In this document: positions 19,701-29,226 of the stretch, piece after piece
Layout of the letters: each line of letters opens with the position of its first letter
Numbering within the stretch: the first letter of the stretch is position 1
IMG/VR virus record: IMGVR_UViG_3300043540_000091
Coordinates: 64,001 to 128,000 of that record
Source of the DNA: a virus
Direction: 5' to 3' (one strand)
Length of the DNA stretch: 64,000 nt
Notes under the pieces: model-generated
What the model saw: the letters and a program-made list of their open reading frames with translations, nothing else
Databases searched by the model: none
What the model was told of the DNA's origin: nothing
Program-made: the position numbers and the translations under genes

Positions 19701-20722
19701 CAATCCTCCGTTATGATACCGTACATCTCGCCATGCTTCATGACGAGGACCTTCTTCTCAATCAGTTTAAGCCGCTCCAGCTGAACTGTCAACTTGGTGC
19801 GCAGCTCCTTGTTCTCGACCTTGTCGATCTCACTGTCAGGATCTCCTACGGTCTCGGACATCGGCCTGGAACCTTCTGAACTATAGTCTAGGCTCGCTAC
19901 GCTCGTGGTCGCGGCCTCAAGCTCAGCGATGTAGGACGCCGTGACTCCATTGAAGCTCTCGTTCACGAACTTCACCAGCTCTTCCTCAGTGATGTTCTCA
20001 TTGTTCTTTCGAGCCATCCGGACTCGGTACAAAATCCTGCGATCCTTCGGCGACAGCTTGATCAAGGTCGAGCTGTAATCTTCCGACATGTTCAGTCCCA
20101 TGCGCCCGATAGCCGTAGACCGGAATACGGTCTTGTATGGAGGTACGAAGTTATCGATCGCCTCGAGAAGTCCCTTTCCGGAATCTTGGATAAGGTCCAT
20201 GTACTCTACGTGGTTATGAGGCACGTTCGACCAGAAGCGCTTGGCCCAGTGAATCGCCAACGGAAGATTGTTCTCGCAGAGAAGTTGCCGATGCTGAAGG
20301 ATGGCTTCGTAGGTCTTCTGAAGACGCGCACGCGATCTGCCGTTGTAGTGGTTGACGCCGTTCTTGTCCTTATCCAGTACCCACTTGGCAAACAGATAGT
20401 TGATCCGGAAACGATGAAGCTTGCGCGGATTGCCCTCCTTGAGGATGGGGAACATTCGGTCGGAGAACGTATCTTGGCGTTCCCTGAAGTACGGCCTGAC
20501 GGACAGCTTGTTCTTCTTGTTGTTGAGGATGAAATTCATGAACTTCTTGTAAGAAACGTGACCAGACTGGCTTGCGAGCAGGATTCTCTTGAACTCATTC
20601 TCGAGTCTGAAAAGCTCGTTGAGGAGCTGGCGCTGCGACTTGCCGTTAACCTCTTCGTTCTCGCGGAGCATATCGTCCATCTCGCTGACGAACTTGCGGA
20701 AAAGATTAACTCCTTCGCTCAT
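19700..20722 (-). CDS. sigma70-family RNA polymerase sigma factor (ends before the region 4.2 HTH)
   Basis: Region 2: LCENNLPLAIHWAKRF..YMDLIQDSGKGLLEAIDNF. Region 3: VASLD. Terminates after the 4.1-like LKLIEKKVLVMKHG. Confidence 0.8.
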   Translation of the reverse strand: MSEGVNLFRKFVSEMDDMLRENEEVNGKSQRQLLNELFRLENEFKRILLASQSGHVSYKKFMNFILNNKKNKLSVRPYFRERQDTFSDRMFPILKEGNPRKLHRFRINYLFAKWVLDKDKNGVNHYNGRSRARLQKTYEAILQHRQLLCENNLPLAIHWAKRFWSNVPHNHVEYMDLIQDSGKGLLEAIDNFVPPYKTVFRSTAIGRMGLNMSEDYSSTLIKLSPKDRRILYRVRMARKNNENITEEELVKFVNESFNGVTASYIAELEAATTSVASLDYSSEGSRPMSETVGDPDSEIDKVENKELRTKLTVQLERLKLIEKKVLVMKHGEMYGIITED

Positions 20723-22215
20723 ATACGATGCTCCACGACGTCTCCCATCGAGTTATAGATCACGACGCGTTCGTTCGCGTGGCGTTCCATCATCTTGGAA
20801 CCGACGACTCTGAAGTCAGCGACGAAGAGATCCTTCTTGGCGTCAGTGATCCGTGTTCCTCGACCTATCCCCTGCTTGACCTTGGTCTCCGATGTCCCTC
20901 CCTGGAGATATACCAGAGATCCTGTTGGTTTAGTGTCGACGCCGGTGCTGATGGCACTCGTTCCGATCAGAAGCTTGGTCTCGCCACGGTTGAACCTGTC
21001 GACCATCGCATCGACGTCCGGCTTCCATTGCTCGCGCGGGAAGTTATCCTTGAGGTTGACTCCGTCGACGACCTCTCTGTCTGGGATGCCACCATGAGCA
21101 AACTCGTACGGTATGGTCAGATATGGCTTAAGGGCTAGGAACTGATTGAACTCCTCGAGCAGGATGATCGTTTGACGGTTCGATATGGTGACGGACTTCT
21201 GCGCGAACTCAGCCGCGAGCTTGTTGACATGTGGATTCAGGTGAAGCTGATTACGAACCTCGGTCTTGCCATCACGCGAGCCGGTAGGACCAAAGGCTGG
21301 TACCTCGAACATATGGAAGTACGGTCGTGCCAGGAAGCCCTGGTCGACGAGTTTCTTGAACTCCTTGCGATACACGACCGGTCCCGTGATGCCCTTGAGA
21401 AGCATGTCGGTCCCATCGTTTCGCATCTGCGTCGCGGACACGAAGAACCTGGCCGGAACATCTCTCAGAAGACCTAGCGCGACGCGCTCCATCGTGTCAG
21501 CCGGTGTGGTATGAGACTCGTCCCATACGAACTGCTGAGTCTTCACGAAGAAGTCCCACTCCTCCGTGTTCGGCTCGATGTTGGTGAGTGCCTGACCGGT
21601 GCAGACAGTGAACAGCTTGCCGAGGTCGTGGCGGCCTGCGCCGTACTTCCCGACGTACCGACCTCCGAACAGGTGAACCATCTCCTTGTGAAGCTGGTTC
21701 GTGATGGTCTTGCTCGGAGTGATCACCGTGGTCGGAACCGGATTGCGCTTGCAGATCTCCTCGATGATCCGACTCTTGCCGGAACCTGTCGGAAGCTCGA
21801 CCGCCGCCGGTCCGTACTTGGCATTGTCGAAGAGGGCGTCTACCGACTCTTCCTGGTAATACCGCGCCTTGAAGTCTGGGACGTGAGCCCACGGCAGCGA
21901 GAAGCTTGCCTGTGGTATATTGAGACTTTGGTCTAGGTCCCAGCCGAAGGTTAGCTTGAAGTCGCGCCAGAGGCCAGCGTACGTGTACGGTGTCCCAGAT
22001 TGATCCAGCATCATGAGGGTACGCTTCTGTCTCAGTTTGAGTTCCTCGATCTTGGCCGCGTGGCCGTCAGGATCTCGGCGCTTCCACTGGTAGTTCATTC
22101 GAGTCTTCTGGAGCTGATACTTGACGTCGTTGTCGACGTACTCGAGGAAGGTACGGACCTTGGTCGAGTCTTCTGGAAGTCGTATTACGGATGGCGCGGC
22201 GAATGATATGCCCAT
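20719..22215 (-). CDS. superfamily 2 DExH helicase (UvsW/ResIII-like)
   Basis: YQEESV, LPTGSGKS, WDESH, SAT, TGVD, QGIGRGTR motifs. Start reassigned to ATG 22215 because the longer ORF overlaps a real opposite-strand gene. Confidence 0.88.
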   Translation of the reverse strand: MGISFAAPSVIRLPEDSTKVRTFLEYVDNDVKYQLQKTRMNYQWKRRDPDGHAAKIEELKLRQKRTLMMLDQSGTPYTYAGLWRDFKLTFGWDLDQSLNIPQASFSLPWAHVPDFKARYYQEESVDALFDNAKYGPAAVELPTGSGKSRIIEEICKRNPVPTTVITPSKTITNQLHKEMVHLFGGRYVGKYGAGRHDLGKLFTVCTGQALTNIEPNTEEWDFFVKTQQFVWDESHTTPADTMERVALGLLRDVPARFFVSATQMRNDGTDMLLKGITGPVVYRKEFKKLVDQGFLARPYFHMFEVPAFGPTGSRDGKTEVRNQLHLNPHVNKLAAEFAQKSVTISNRQTIILLEEFNQFLALKPYLTIPYEFAHGGIPDREVVDGVNLKDNFPREQWKPDVDAMVDRFNRGETKLLIGTSAISTGVDTKPTGSLVYLQGGTSETKVKQGIGRGTRITDAKKDLFVADFRVVGSKMMERHANERVVIYNSMGDVVEHRI

Positions 22216-22221
22216 GCTCGG

Positions 22222-22266
22222 ATGATACCACGATATGTTTGATTTACGAAAGAGTCGTGGTATAGT
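22222..22266. promoter_or_regulatory. divergent promoter pair at the strand switch (TGGTATCAT minus 22222-22230; TGGTATAGT plus 22258-22266)
   Basis: Two extended -10 boxes in opposite orientation in the short gap where gene orientation flips. Confidence 0.65.
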
Positions 22267-22287
22267 TGATCTCATCAGAGGTGTCCT

Positions 22288-22701
22288 GTGAAGAAGAAAC
22301 CCAAGATATCCGAAACATTCCTTGGTTCGGTCGAAGATGCCATGGCCTACGGCGTCTACGAAGCCATCATGCTCTACCACATCCGCTGGTGGATGAAGAC
22401 CAACAAGGAGAACGGCGTAAACATCTTCCCAGACAAGAACGGCGTCCTTCGGTACTGGACCTACAACACCAGGAAGGCCATGATGAAGTGGTTTCCGTAC
22501 TGGAGCGAGTCCCAGATCCGCCGAATCCATGAGTCCTTGGTCCAACAGGGCGTGATCCTGGTCGGACGCTTCAACAAGAACCCGTTCGACACGACCAACT
22601 GGTACACCCTAAACGACGATTCGAGCAGAGTTCAGGCAGGCACCTCCGTCTCCAACGACAACGACAACGACAAGTTCACCGACGTGGAGGAACTGGAGTG
22701 A
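22288..22701 (+). CDS. phage replication initiator-like winged-helix protein
   Basis: YGVYEAIMLYHIRWW..WTYNT..FPYWSESQIRR..L..QG..G.FNK..DTTNWYTL is typical of the phage replisome-organizer N-terminal domain. Followed by iterons and DnaB. Confidence 0.75.
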   Translation: MKKKPKISETFLGSVEDAMAYGVYEAIMLYHIRWWMKTNKENGVNIFPDKNGVLRYWTYNTRKAMMKWFPYWSESQIRRIHESLVQQGVILVGRFNKNPFDTTNWYTLNDDSSRVQAGTSVSNDNDNDKFTDVEELE

Positions 22702-22865
22702 CGAATCTATCCTTCCGGACTGACGAAATCGTACATCGCGTTGACCGTCACGTCGACTGCCGAAATCGTACATCATTGACTGACGAAATCGTCCCTCAAT
22801 GTTTGCCGAAATCGTACTTCCTTCTATATACACATATATACCAGGTATTAAAACAGGTATTCACG
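22696..22865 (+). repeat. iteron array plus AT-rich tract: candidate replication origin
   Basis: 17-bp repeats G(A/T)(C/T)TG(A/C)CGAAATCGT(A/C)C at 22718, 22755, 22778 and 22801, a degenerate copy at 22696, then an AT-rich tract at 22818-22865 with two CAGGTATT copies. Confidence 0.75.
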
Positions 22866-22893
22866 AAAGGCATCTTTTCGGGAGGGGAAACAC

Positions 22894-24207
22894 TTGGCTG
22901 AAAATCGTGATGATAGACTCCCTCGAGAAGCCCAGCTTGCCGTGATCGGTCACTGCATGCGTAGTCCAGACTTCTACCTTCGAGTGTCTCCCACTCTCCC
23001 CGCGAACTACTTCGTCGACCTGATCGCTCGAAACATCTACGCGTACGTTGGGCAGCTCTACGAGAACAACGCCCGCGCCATCTCTGGGCTTGAACTCAGG
23101 ACCTACGTCAAGCAGTACCAGTCAGATCCACAGTCCTTCGAGCGTTATTCCAAGTACATCGCCGAGGCCGAGATGTACTCGGCTGACTTCACTACTGGCC
23201 GACTCATGGGCCTGCTCCAGAGGCAGCGTGCTCACTACGAGTACCAGTCCGGCATGATCGATCTCTCCAAGAAGGTGGGCGCTGGCAAGAAGGAAGAGGC
23301 GATGGAGGTCATCAAGAAGTTGGCCGAACTCGACAAGTCTTCGCTCATGAGCCAGCCTTCATCGGAAGAGAACCTCTTGGCGCTGGACGAGGAAGAGCGT
23401 AAGTGGGAAGAATCGCTCAAGAATCGCGTTCCTCTCATCTCTCCAAAGGTCAACGGCAAGTTCATGCTCATGCCTGGTATCACCCTCATCGGCGGCGTGA
23501 CCAAGTCCGGTAAGTCGACCATCCTTGCCAATCTCGTACCGGCGATCCTGAACCACTTCCAGGACAAGAAGATCTTCATCATCTCGAACGAGGATGACAT
23601 GAACCGGATCAGTTCGCGCATCGCGTGCTGCGTGCTGGGCGTTCCGATCCGCAAGTTCATGAACGATCCTTCGAGCCTTCCGCCGGAGACGGTCGCGCAG
23701 GTGAAGCAGCTCAAGAGATCCGTCGCGTCGCGCATCGTCGTGGCGTCCATGCCGCACTACGACACCTCGAACATGGAGACTGTTCAGGGCCTGCTGGAAG
23801 AAGTAAAGGCTGACGCAAAGGCTGGTAAGTACTCGGCAATCCTGCTTGACTACTATCAGATCGTCGCGAACTCGAAGAAGTTCCAGAACGTGGAGTATGT
23901 CGGCATCGCGAAGAAGTTTGGAGGCTGGCTCAAGGGCTGGGCCGCCGACATCCCGATCCCCATGATCCTGTTCGCGCAGCTTAAGCCGACCGCCGACCGC
24001 GAGGATATGCCGTTCTCTCAGCGAGTCCAGGGCGATACACACATAGCGAACCACGTTCACGCTGGTCTTGAGATCGTACGTGAGACGGACGATCGCGGCG
24101 ACATCACCAAGATCGTGTGCCAGCTCTCGCGTCACGGCGACAACCTGGGCACTGTCGGGACCTTCCGGTACAACGGCGGCCAGTTGATGTACCAGGACAA
24201 GCCTTAA
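22894..24207 (+). CDS. dnaB: DnaB-like (SF4) replicative helicase
   Basis: GGVTKSGKST Walker A, ISNE, ILLDYYQ, LFAQL, and SRHG arginine-finger region. Confidence 0.82.
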   Translation: MAENRDDRLPREAQLAVIGHCMRSPDFYLRVSPTLPANYFVDLIARNIYAYVGQLYENNARAISGLELRTYVKQYQSDPQSFERYSKYIAEAEMYSADFTTGRLMGLLQRQRAHYEYQSGMIDLSKKVGAGKKEEAMEVIKKLAELDKSSLMSQPSSEENLLALDEEERKWEESLKNRVPLISPKVNGKFMLMPGITLIGGVTKSGKSTILANLVPAILNHFQDKKIFIISNEDDMNRISSRIACCVLGVPIRKFMNDPSSLPPETVAQVKQLKRSVASRIVVASMPHYDTSNMETVQGLLEEVKADAKAGKYSAILLDYYQIVANSKKFQNVEYVGIAKKFGGWLKGWAADIPIPMILFAQLKPTADREDMPFSQRVQGDTHIANHVHAGLEIVRETDDRGDITKIVCQLSRHGDNLGTVGTFRYNGGQLMYQDKP

Positions 24208-24210
24208 TCG

Positions 24211-24219
24211 TGGTATCAT
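24211..24219 (+). promoter_or_regulatory. extended -10 promoter TGGTATCAT upstream of groEL
   Basis: Motif followed by a GGAGG RBS and ATG 24237. Confidence 0.6.
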
Positions 24220-24236
24220 AGTTACGGAGGACACTT

Positions 24237-26018
24237 ATGTCACTTTTCCACGTCAACAAGCCAAAGTCTGCACCGAAGGTCATGATCCCGTCGAGCGAAC
24301 GACTCACCAACGAGGTGGTCGACACCCTCAGCATGATGGCTTCGATGGCCGGACAGACCTTAGGTCCAGGTGGACGTCAGGTCCTGATCGAGCGTCAAGA
24401 GATAAACATGAAGCCGATCGTCACCAAGGACGGCGTTACGGTGATCAAGAACCTTGGATTCGACGATCCCGTCCGCCAGCTGATCCTCGAGGCTGCACGC
24501 GACGCGGCGATCCGTACCGCTAACGAGGCCGGAGATGGCACTACGACGGCCACGGTGCTGTCCAGCGCGATATGCCGGTCAACCATCGAGGTAGTCAAGA
24601 ATAACCCAAGGATGAGCCCACAGCGCATCGTACGCGAGATGCAGCGCATGGTCCCAGACATCATCCGCAAGATCGAGTCGTACCGCATCGACGTGACCGG
24701 CGAGAACTATACCAACGTCCTGACCAGAGTTGCGACACTGTCCGCCAACGGCGACGCTGAGCTGGCCGCCAAGATCATCGAAGGTAACGACATGGTCGGC
24801 GAAGAAGGTGACATGACCATCGTCGAGATGTCAGGACCTTCCAAGTACGTGCTCGAGCGCATCAGCGGCTACACCATCGAGCGCGGATACGAGGAGTCCT
24901 GCCGGACCTTCTCCAACGGCTTCATCAACGACAAGACTGGGACCATGGTCGTGCTGGAACGTCCCGTATTCCTGCTGTACGACGGCTTCGTGAACGACTT
25001 CATGCAGATCTACGACGCGCTTCAGAACCTGTACAAGGCCATGAAGGATGAGAAGCGCACGGAGATGAACGTGGTCATCGTCGCTCACGGCTTCTCGGAT
25101 CAGGCTCTAGGTGATCTTCACACCAACTGGAACCACTCTGCCTCGACTCTCAAGGCGTTCCCGATGATGACGCCCGAGAAGGCCATCCTGAACTGGCGCT
25201 CAACCTTCCTGTACGATCTTCAGGCCTATACTGGCACTCCCGTGTTCAATCCGGTTGACCGCCCTTTGGCCGACATGAACGCAACTGGGGTACTGGCCAT
25301 CAGTCGAGTCAAGCGATTCGAGTGCAGCCGGTTCAAGGCCATGGTATTCGCAGACGAGGACGAGACTTCGATCTCGATCCGCGTCGAAGAACTGAAGGAA
25401 CACCGCAAGAATCCAGAGTCAGACTACGAACTGAACGACCTCAACGTCCGCATCGGTAAGTTGACCAGCGGCATCGTCCGCCTCAACATCTACGGTCCTT
25501 CGGCTGGTGAGACTCGCGAGAAGCGCGACCGTGCCGAAGACGCTTGGATGGCGATCAAGGGCGCGATCAAGCACGGCGCGGTCCCTGGCGGAGGATTCGT
25601 CCTCGTCAAGCTGGCTGCGTTCCTTCAGGTCACAGCCAATGAGATGAAGCGTGGAGCAAGACAGTACGCCGTCCAGATCCTGGGAGAGGCATTGCTCGAG
25701 CCGGTTCGTCTCCTGTACCGCAACTACGGGTACAACAACGAAGAGATCGAGAGACATATCATCGACATGCTGGCAAACGAAGAGCAGACCTTCGACATCT
25801 CTGAAGAACTGTTCGTACCCAAAGCAGATCTGCTTGACAGCCTGCCTGCGGTAGCCGAAGCTATAAGAAACAGCGTGTCCATCTCGGCACTTCTCGGTAC
25901 GATCGGCGGCATCGTCGCCTTCCGGCGCGACAGTCAGACGGACAAGGAAGAAGAGAGACTGGTTCGCCAATTCGAGACCGCCATCGGCGAGAGAGGATCG
26001 TTGAATGCAGGCCAGTAG
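24237..26018 (+). CDS. groEL: phage-encoded GroEL-like chaperonin
   Basis: TLGPGGRQV, VTKDGVTV, AGDGTTTATVL, SANGD, RIGKLTSG, EKRDRAEDA, GAVPGGG. No GGM tail. Confidence 0.95.
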   Translation: MSLFHVNKPKSAPKVMIPSSERLTNEVVDTLSMMASMAGQTLGPGGRQVLIERQEINMKPIVTKDGVTVIKNLGFDDPVRQLILEAARDAAIRTANEAGDGTTTATVLSSAICRSTIEVVKNNPRMSPQRIVREMQRMVPDIIRKIESYRIDVTGENYTNVLTRVATLSANGDAELAAKIIEGNDMVGEEGDMTIVEMSGPSKYVLERISGYTIERGYEESCRTFSNGFINDKTGTMVVLERPVFLLYDGFVNDFMQIYDALQNLYKAMKDEKRTEMNVVIVAHGFSDQALGDLHTNWNHSASTLKAFPMMTPEKAILNWRSTFLYDLQAYTGTPVFNPVDRPLADMNATGVLAISRVKRFECSRFKAMVFADEDETSISIRVEELKEHRKNPESDYELNDLNVRIGKLTSGIVRLNIYGPSAGETREKRDRAEDAWMAIKGAIKHGAVPGGGFVLVKLAAFLQVTANEMKRGARQYAVQILGEALLEPVRLLYRNYGYNNEEIERHIIDMLANEEQTFDISEELFVPKADLLDSLPAVAEAIRNSVSISALLGTIGGIVAFRRDSQTDKEEERLVRQFETAIGERGSLNAGQ

Positions 26019-26268
26019 AGTTCTCCTAGCTCTATCCATGATCGTCAACATGTATCTGTCGTACTCACTGTACCGCGCGAATGAAACGAACGAGTTGATG
26101 TTCAGCGGACTTACGATGATAGCTAAGGCCGCGAAGACTGGCAAGGCAGAGGCATTCAAGTCCGGATGCATGTCGGCGGTCGTGAGCGCACTGCATCTTG
26201 ACACGGAAGATCCGCTCTATGAGCAATGGTGCTCGATGATGGGCGCTAAGTACTCAGTAGCGAAGTAG
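26005..26268 (+). CDS. small hypothetical protein with hydrophobic N-terminus
   Basis: Overlaps the groEL stop; RBS-like GAGG upstream. Confidence 0.55.
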   Translation: MQASRVLLALSMIVNMYLSYSLYRANETNELMFSGLTMIAKAAKTGKAEAFKSGCMSAVVSALHLDTEDPLYEQWCSMMGAKYSVAK

Positions 26269-26269
26269 T

Positions 26270-26548
26270 ATGGCATGGTTCACGTACCGGTGTCCGGAAC
26301 ACGGAGAGTTCAAGATGTCGCTCCAGAAGAGGGAGCAGACACAGGCATGTCCGACGTGCGGATCTCGGTCAGTACCAATGTTAAAAACCAGCGGAAGCGT
26401 GTCCATCGTCGAACGGCTGGACAACGGTATCATGGGCCGTGCAGTGGAACGTCTACACAACATCGAAGAGATCATGAACGATCGCGCGGACAAGCATTCA
26501 AAAGAGTTCGAGCAACGGAACGGCGGAGCAGGTGAAGACAATGATTGA
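26270..26548 (+). CDS. FmdB-like zinc-ribbon protein
   Basis: MAWFTYRCPEHG..ACPTCGS pattern. Confidence 0.7.
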   Translation: MAWFTYRCPEHGEFKMSLQKREQTQACPTCGSRSVPMLKTSGSVSIVERLDNGIMGRAVERLHNIEEIMNDRADKHSKEFEQRNGGAGEDND

Positions 26549-27539
26549 CGTCAGCTTCGGCATCCCTGGCTACATGCAAGAATACTGGGAACGCCACGAC
26601 CATGACGACTTCACTCATATCGGCTTGTCCAGCGGCATGCGGTACAACTTCGCCAAGACCAACCCGTACCTCGAGTCCTCTATCCTGCAGCTTCACGACG
26701 ATGTCGGAAACGCTGAGGTTGAAGGATACAGAGTCGTCATCGGTAACGGAGCTTCTCAGATCGTGTCTGCGGTAGCGTACGCAGCCCAGAAGATCAACCT
26801 GAATGAGATCCTTCTCGAAGCGCCGTACTGGGGTAGACTCCAGTTCCTGCTGAACTCCGGAGTACACTCGGCTGGCTTCATGGGACCGGCAGTCAAATCT
26901 CATAAAGCGCTAATCACCTCTCCGTGGTTCAAGTTCGCGGTCAGCCCGAACAATCCGGATGGTCGACTTCAAGAGCCGGAAGGTTCACTGCCGCACTTCC
27001 TGAGCGTGGTCGACATGTGCTACTACTGGCCTCAGTACGTTGACAAGGTGGAGAAGAAGGCTCACGACGTGATGATCTTCGGACTATCGAAGGCTACCGG
27101 CCATGCCGGTACTCGGCTTGGATGGGCTCTCGTAAAGGATCAGAACTTCGCGAGCTTGATGCGTGAATATATCGAAGAATCTACCTGCGGAGTGTCGAAC
27201 GACGCGCAGGAACGCGCCAGGACAATACTGTGGCACTCCCATCGCACGAATCATGCTCCGTTTCAGTTTGCAAAGACTGAACTCGCCGAGCGTTGGGAAG
27301 CGTTCGCTCAGGCTGCCAAGCAGTCGGGTAAGGTCAATGTACTCAACGCGAACGGAATGTTCGCCTGGTGCGAGTATACCGGCGGCGGGGAGTCGGCTGC
27401 AGACGAGATGCTGAAGGTGTACGGACTTAAGGTCATGCCTGGAACCTACTTCGGATCGTCACCTTCCAAGTTCAGGGTAAATCTTGGCTGTGACAAGGAA
27501 ATCTTTAACAAGATGCTTGGAGCACTCCGTGGAAGCTAG
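26541..27539 (+). CDS. PLP-dependent enzyme of the TAA1 (tryptophan aminotransferase)/alliinase family
   Basis: Colinear motifs G.P...QEYW, [61 protein letters not shown] (PLP lysine in SK), [16 protein letters not shown], FRVNL. Confidence 0.88.
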   Translation: [332 protein letters not shown]

Positions 27540-29226
27540 GCTGCTGTGGCTGGAGGTCGAGGGGTTCAGGTCGTTCAAGCGAAAGGTTCGCTTCAACTTT
27601 CCCGACGGCGATGCCGTCATACTTATCAATGGCCGCTGGGTTAACTCTTCGACCAGATCTGGCTCGGGAAAGACGAGCATCATAGAGGCGATTGCCTACC
27701 TATTAGACCTTACGGATGCGTCCCAGGCTTCGCTTAAGAACTGGGACTCCAAGAAGATGATCGTCCGTGGCGGCTTCCGTATCGGCACGTCAACGGTTCA
27801 AGTGACGAGAGATCCGAAACTGTCTCTCATCATAGACAACGAGCCGTACAACAGCCTTACCAAGGGCGCGAGCGCCAAGTTGGAGGAACTGCTTGGCGGG
27901 AACGCCGAGATCCTCAAATCCATCACGTATCGCAAGCAGCGCAAACCAGGCAAGATAATCAACGCGACCGACTCCAAGATCAAGGAGTTCTTGACCGAAC
28001 CTCTGAAGCTCGGTCCGGTTGAGGCTGCCGCAGAGCAGCTTACTCAGCAGGTCACCAAGCTCACTCAAGAGATCGAGCTTCTCAAGCGCGACGAGGCTAC
28101 CTTATCCGGATTTGTCGCTTCCGGCGGAGTATCCGAAGAGGAGGCTTCCAGGGCAAGGACGGCATACGATCAGGCCAAGGCGCAGTACGAGGCGATTGCT
28201 TCTCAAGCGAACGTGTCGCAGCAGCTGATGGCCGACTCGCAACGCCTATCAGAAGAGATCCGCGCGGTGAACAGCCTGATATCCCAGGTCAATCTTAAGA
28301 AGGCCGAGAACCAGCGCATCAAGATCAGTGTGGTCGACCTCAACGCAGAGATCGAAACCCTGAAGAGAAGTTCCTGTCCTACCTGCCGACGCGAGTGGGA
28401 CCAGGCGCAGGACCTTCTGAACCAGAAGAACGCTCAGGTAGACCAGCTGATCTTCCAGCTTCGATCCAACATCGAGTACATCGGTAACTCCGAGCCGATG
28501 ATTGCCAACTTACCGAATCTGCAGGCAATGCTACAGGACGTTCAACGGAAGATCGGAGAGATGTCAGCTCCGATGAGCATGGCGCAGCAGACTCTATCAG
28601 CCGCCACGTCCGCCCTGAACTCCCTCCAGTACAGACAGAGGACGTTCCTTGAGCAGTCGGGCAAGCTGGAACAGGTAAGGTCTAAGATCGTCACGAGCCA
28701 AAGAGAGCTTCTCATCGCGGAGACGTCGTCCAAACTGATTGGTCGCAGCGGATTCCTAGGGTCTATCTTTGACGAGATCCTGGCGGACATCGAGGTAAGA
28801 ACCAATGACATGCTGCAGCACTTCCCTAACGCTGAACAGTTCACGGTCCAGGTAAGCTCAACCAAGCTAGTCAAGACTAAAGGGACCACTAAGAAGGAGA
28901 TCTCCGTAACAATCTCCAGGGCAGGAACCGACGTTGGCTACGATGACCTGTCCGGCGGCCAGCAGTCGGCCATAGAACTTTGCACCGATCTCGCGTACGC
29001 CGAAGCGGTTCGCGCACGCTCCGGATGCGCTCCTCGCTGGACTTGTCTGGATGAGGTGATGGACGGTCTGGGCTCCTCAGAGAAGGCCGCCGTCGTTGAG
29101 ATGATCCGCAAGAGGATCAAAGGTCTTGTACTCATGATCGAACATGCTACCGAGATAAAGGAGTCGTTCGATCAGACCATAAATATCGAGTACGACGGAA
29201 GAGAGTCGTATGTCGCAAGCCTCTAG
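27529..29226 (+). CDS. Rad50/SbcC (T4 gp46)-like ABC ATPase
   Basis: EGFRSF, GSGKTS, coiled coil with CPTC zinc hook, LSGGQ, LDEVMDGL, IEH. Likely GTG start at 27529. Confidence 0.9.
   Translation: MEARLLWLEVEGFRSFKRKVRFNFPDGDAVILINGRWVNSSTRSGSGKTSIIEAIAYLLDLTDASQASLKNWDSKKMIVRGGFRIGTSTVQVTRDPKLSLIIDNEPYNSLTKGASAKLEELLGGNAEILKSITYRKQRKPGKIINATDSKIKEFLTEPLKLGPVEAAAEQLTQQVTKLTQEIELLKRDEATLSGFVASGGVSEEEASRARTAYDQAKAQYEAIASQANVSQQLMADSQRLSEEIRAVNSLISQVNLKKAENQRIKISVVDLNAEIETLKRSSCPTCRREWDQAQDLLNQKNAQVDQLIFQLRSNIEYIGNSEPMIANLPNLQAMLQDVQRKIGEMSAPMSMAQQTLSAATSALNSLQYRQRTFLEQSGKLEQVRSKIVTSQRELLIAETSSKLIGRSGFLGSIFDEILADIEVRTNDMLQHFPNAEQFTVQVSSTKLVKTKGTTKKEISVTISRAGTDVGYDDLSGGQQSAIELCTDLAYAEAVRARSGCAPRWTCLDEVMDGLGSSEKAAVVEMIRKRIKGLVLMIEHATEIKESFDQTINIEYDGRESYVASL

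Noticed and set aside
22216-22545. N-terminal 110 aa of the tracked 608-aa helicase ORF
   Set aside because: It overlaps the motif-bearing initiator gene on the opposite strand, and a -10 box sits 6 nt before ATG 22215.
22696-22817. Repeats as a mini CRISPR array
   Set aside because: The 17-bp units have only 6-20-bp gaps, there are no cas genes, and the context fits iterons.
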